DNA of 64,000 bases, from positions 1-64,000 of the forward strand of contig JAQGDQ010000158.1 in NCBI GenBank assembly GCA_030141605.1, written 5' to 3'. The stretch is from Tubiluchus corallicola (lineage: Eukaryota; Animalia; Priapulida). Shown here one piece after another: positions 62,561-64,000 of the stretch; position 1 is the stretch's first letter; each line of letters begins with the position of its first letter. A model generated the notes under the pieces. It made no database searches, was not told the DNA's origin, and was given only the letters and a program-made list of their open reading frames with translations. The position numbers were made by a program, and so were the translations under genes.

Positions 62561-64000
62561 GCAAATGAATTTGGAAGGTTCCATGAGTTTAAACAGAAAC
62601 AGAAGAGCAGTAAGTGCCACCAACCGACTGTAAATAATTAGTTCTTTGACAGTGAGTCAGCATTTGTCTTAATAATTAACGACTTAAGAACTGTATGTGT
62701 AAATATCCATTCAGTAATTGTATGTGAAGCCTTGGCTAACTACGCTTATGCAAAATTAGTTTGTGTTGAGAATAACTTAATGTAAGCAGTTCAATGAAGT
62801 ATCTTATCATTCTTCTTCATTGTTAAGGCAGCAAATGTCTGTGAAAAATTGCTTAAAATTAAAATAACAATAGCAAAATTATAACAAACGTAAGTTGTTT
62901 CAAATGAATACTAGTGTAGTTTTTTATACTCATGTTTTTTTCAATTGATGAAATCTTCCATAGTGTCAAATATAGTGGTATACTATTGTTTCTTGCATTA
63001 TGATTATTAACAGTTATGTTTTGTATCTCTACATTCTCTATAAAACACAAAGTGTGACCTAGCACTTCAACTTTCAAACTGTAAATAAAACCGAATTATT
63101 AGATAACTACTTCTTCAATTTTATTTGTGACTGAATAAGATTAGATAACAGAACTAATGATTTAAAACATTGATGAACAGTTATGTGTACAACTAATGAC
63201 CATCAAAAATATCATTGCAGTAAACTTGGAGTAGAAAACAATGAATTTGGAAAGCAGTAGGTCATTACTAAGTCACGATGAGTATTTTATAACAAAACTG
63301 CACATGCATAGTAATATCAAAATGAAACGAATTTCCTGCATAGTGCAATTATTATAGTCAACATAGTCAACCAAAGCATATGCACTAAAGTCATTCTTTG
63401 AAATTCACTACTGCACTAGTAGGACCACTACCTTGAATAATATAAACAGCAAAGTTCACTTTCTTATCATTCTAAGATATGAAAGTAATAATAAATTAAA
63501 CCATACAGGGTACAGCGGCAGACTCCATAACTTTATTATTGACGTTTTGATGGGAAGTATGGAAATAAACCTTCAATATGACTTTGCTACCTCATTTAAA
63601 AAAATATAAGAAACAATGATTAAAAATAACTAGAGTGGCATTCATACAACAATATAATCTTCAGTGTAACTATAAACTAAAATAGAAATTTAATTAATGA
63701 TGTGTCTTGAGTGGGTCACTACACCTATAAAACTAGTTCAAAGCCGATGCTATCCAACAAATGCTTTGGAATATTAAAATCAATTCATCGCTTCTACTGC
63801 ATTCAAAACACGAAATCTTTTGTGCAAAACACTTTCAATTTTACAAAGCAAGAAGCATGCGTAATCATCCAGCAGGTATAAATAATGTAACTGATACAGT
63901 TAAACACAAGCAAACTGACCTAAATAGAAAATGCCTTCAGCGAAAAATGTTTACAAATAGGAGACTACCCACTCGTGAAGACACGATGAGACCTTGAAGG

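Overview
AT-rich, intron- and repeat-rich genomic DNA from an invertebrate animal; it is not prokaryotic, and most ORFs in the track are spurious. Three spliced genes were reconstructed by hand from splice sites and reading-frame phases. (1) The 3' part of the giant E3/E4 ubiquitin ligase UBR4 (p600/Poe) on the minus strand: 29 coding exons, about 1495 aa, stop at 17842, including the hemiRING zinc finger and one GC-AG intron. (2) A complete 4-exon chitin-deacetylase-like gene (signal peptide, CBM14, LDLa, CE4) on the plus strand. It appears to sit inside a UBR4 intron, and its catalytic and metal-binding residues are substituted. (3) A secreted long-pentraxin-like gene on the minus strand (5 exons found, 11515 to 3233), mostly invisible in the ORF track. 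The most unusual structure is a minisatellite of at least 73 copies of a 40-bp unit. The unit is a tandem amplification of the UBR4 hemiRING exon's own 3' splice site plus its first 17 exonic nt, and each decoy copy leads straight into a stop codon. The window also has a 377-bp near-perfect palindrome beside a donor site, inverted MITE copies flanking an in-frame UBR4 exon, a LINE fragment inside a (GA)n tract, tRNA-derived SINEs, several hAT- and piggyBac-like MITEs, and a 525-N assembly gap. All family assignments come from motif recognition; no database searches were run.
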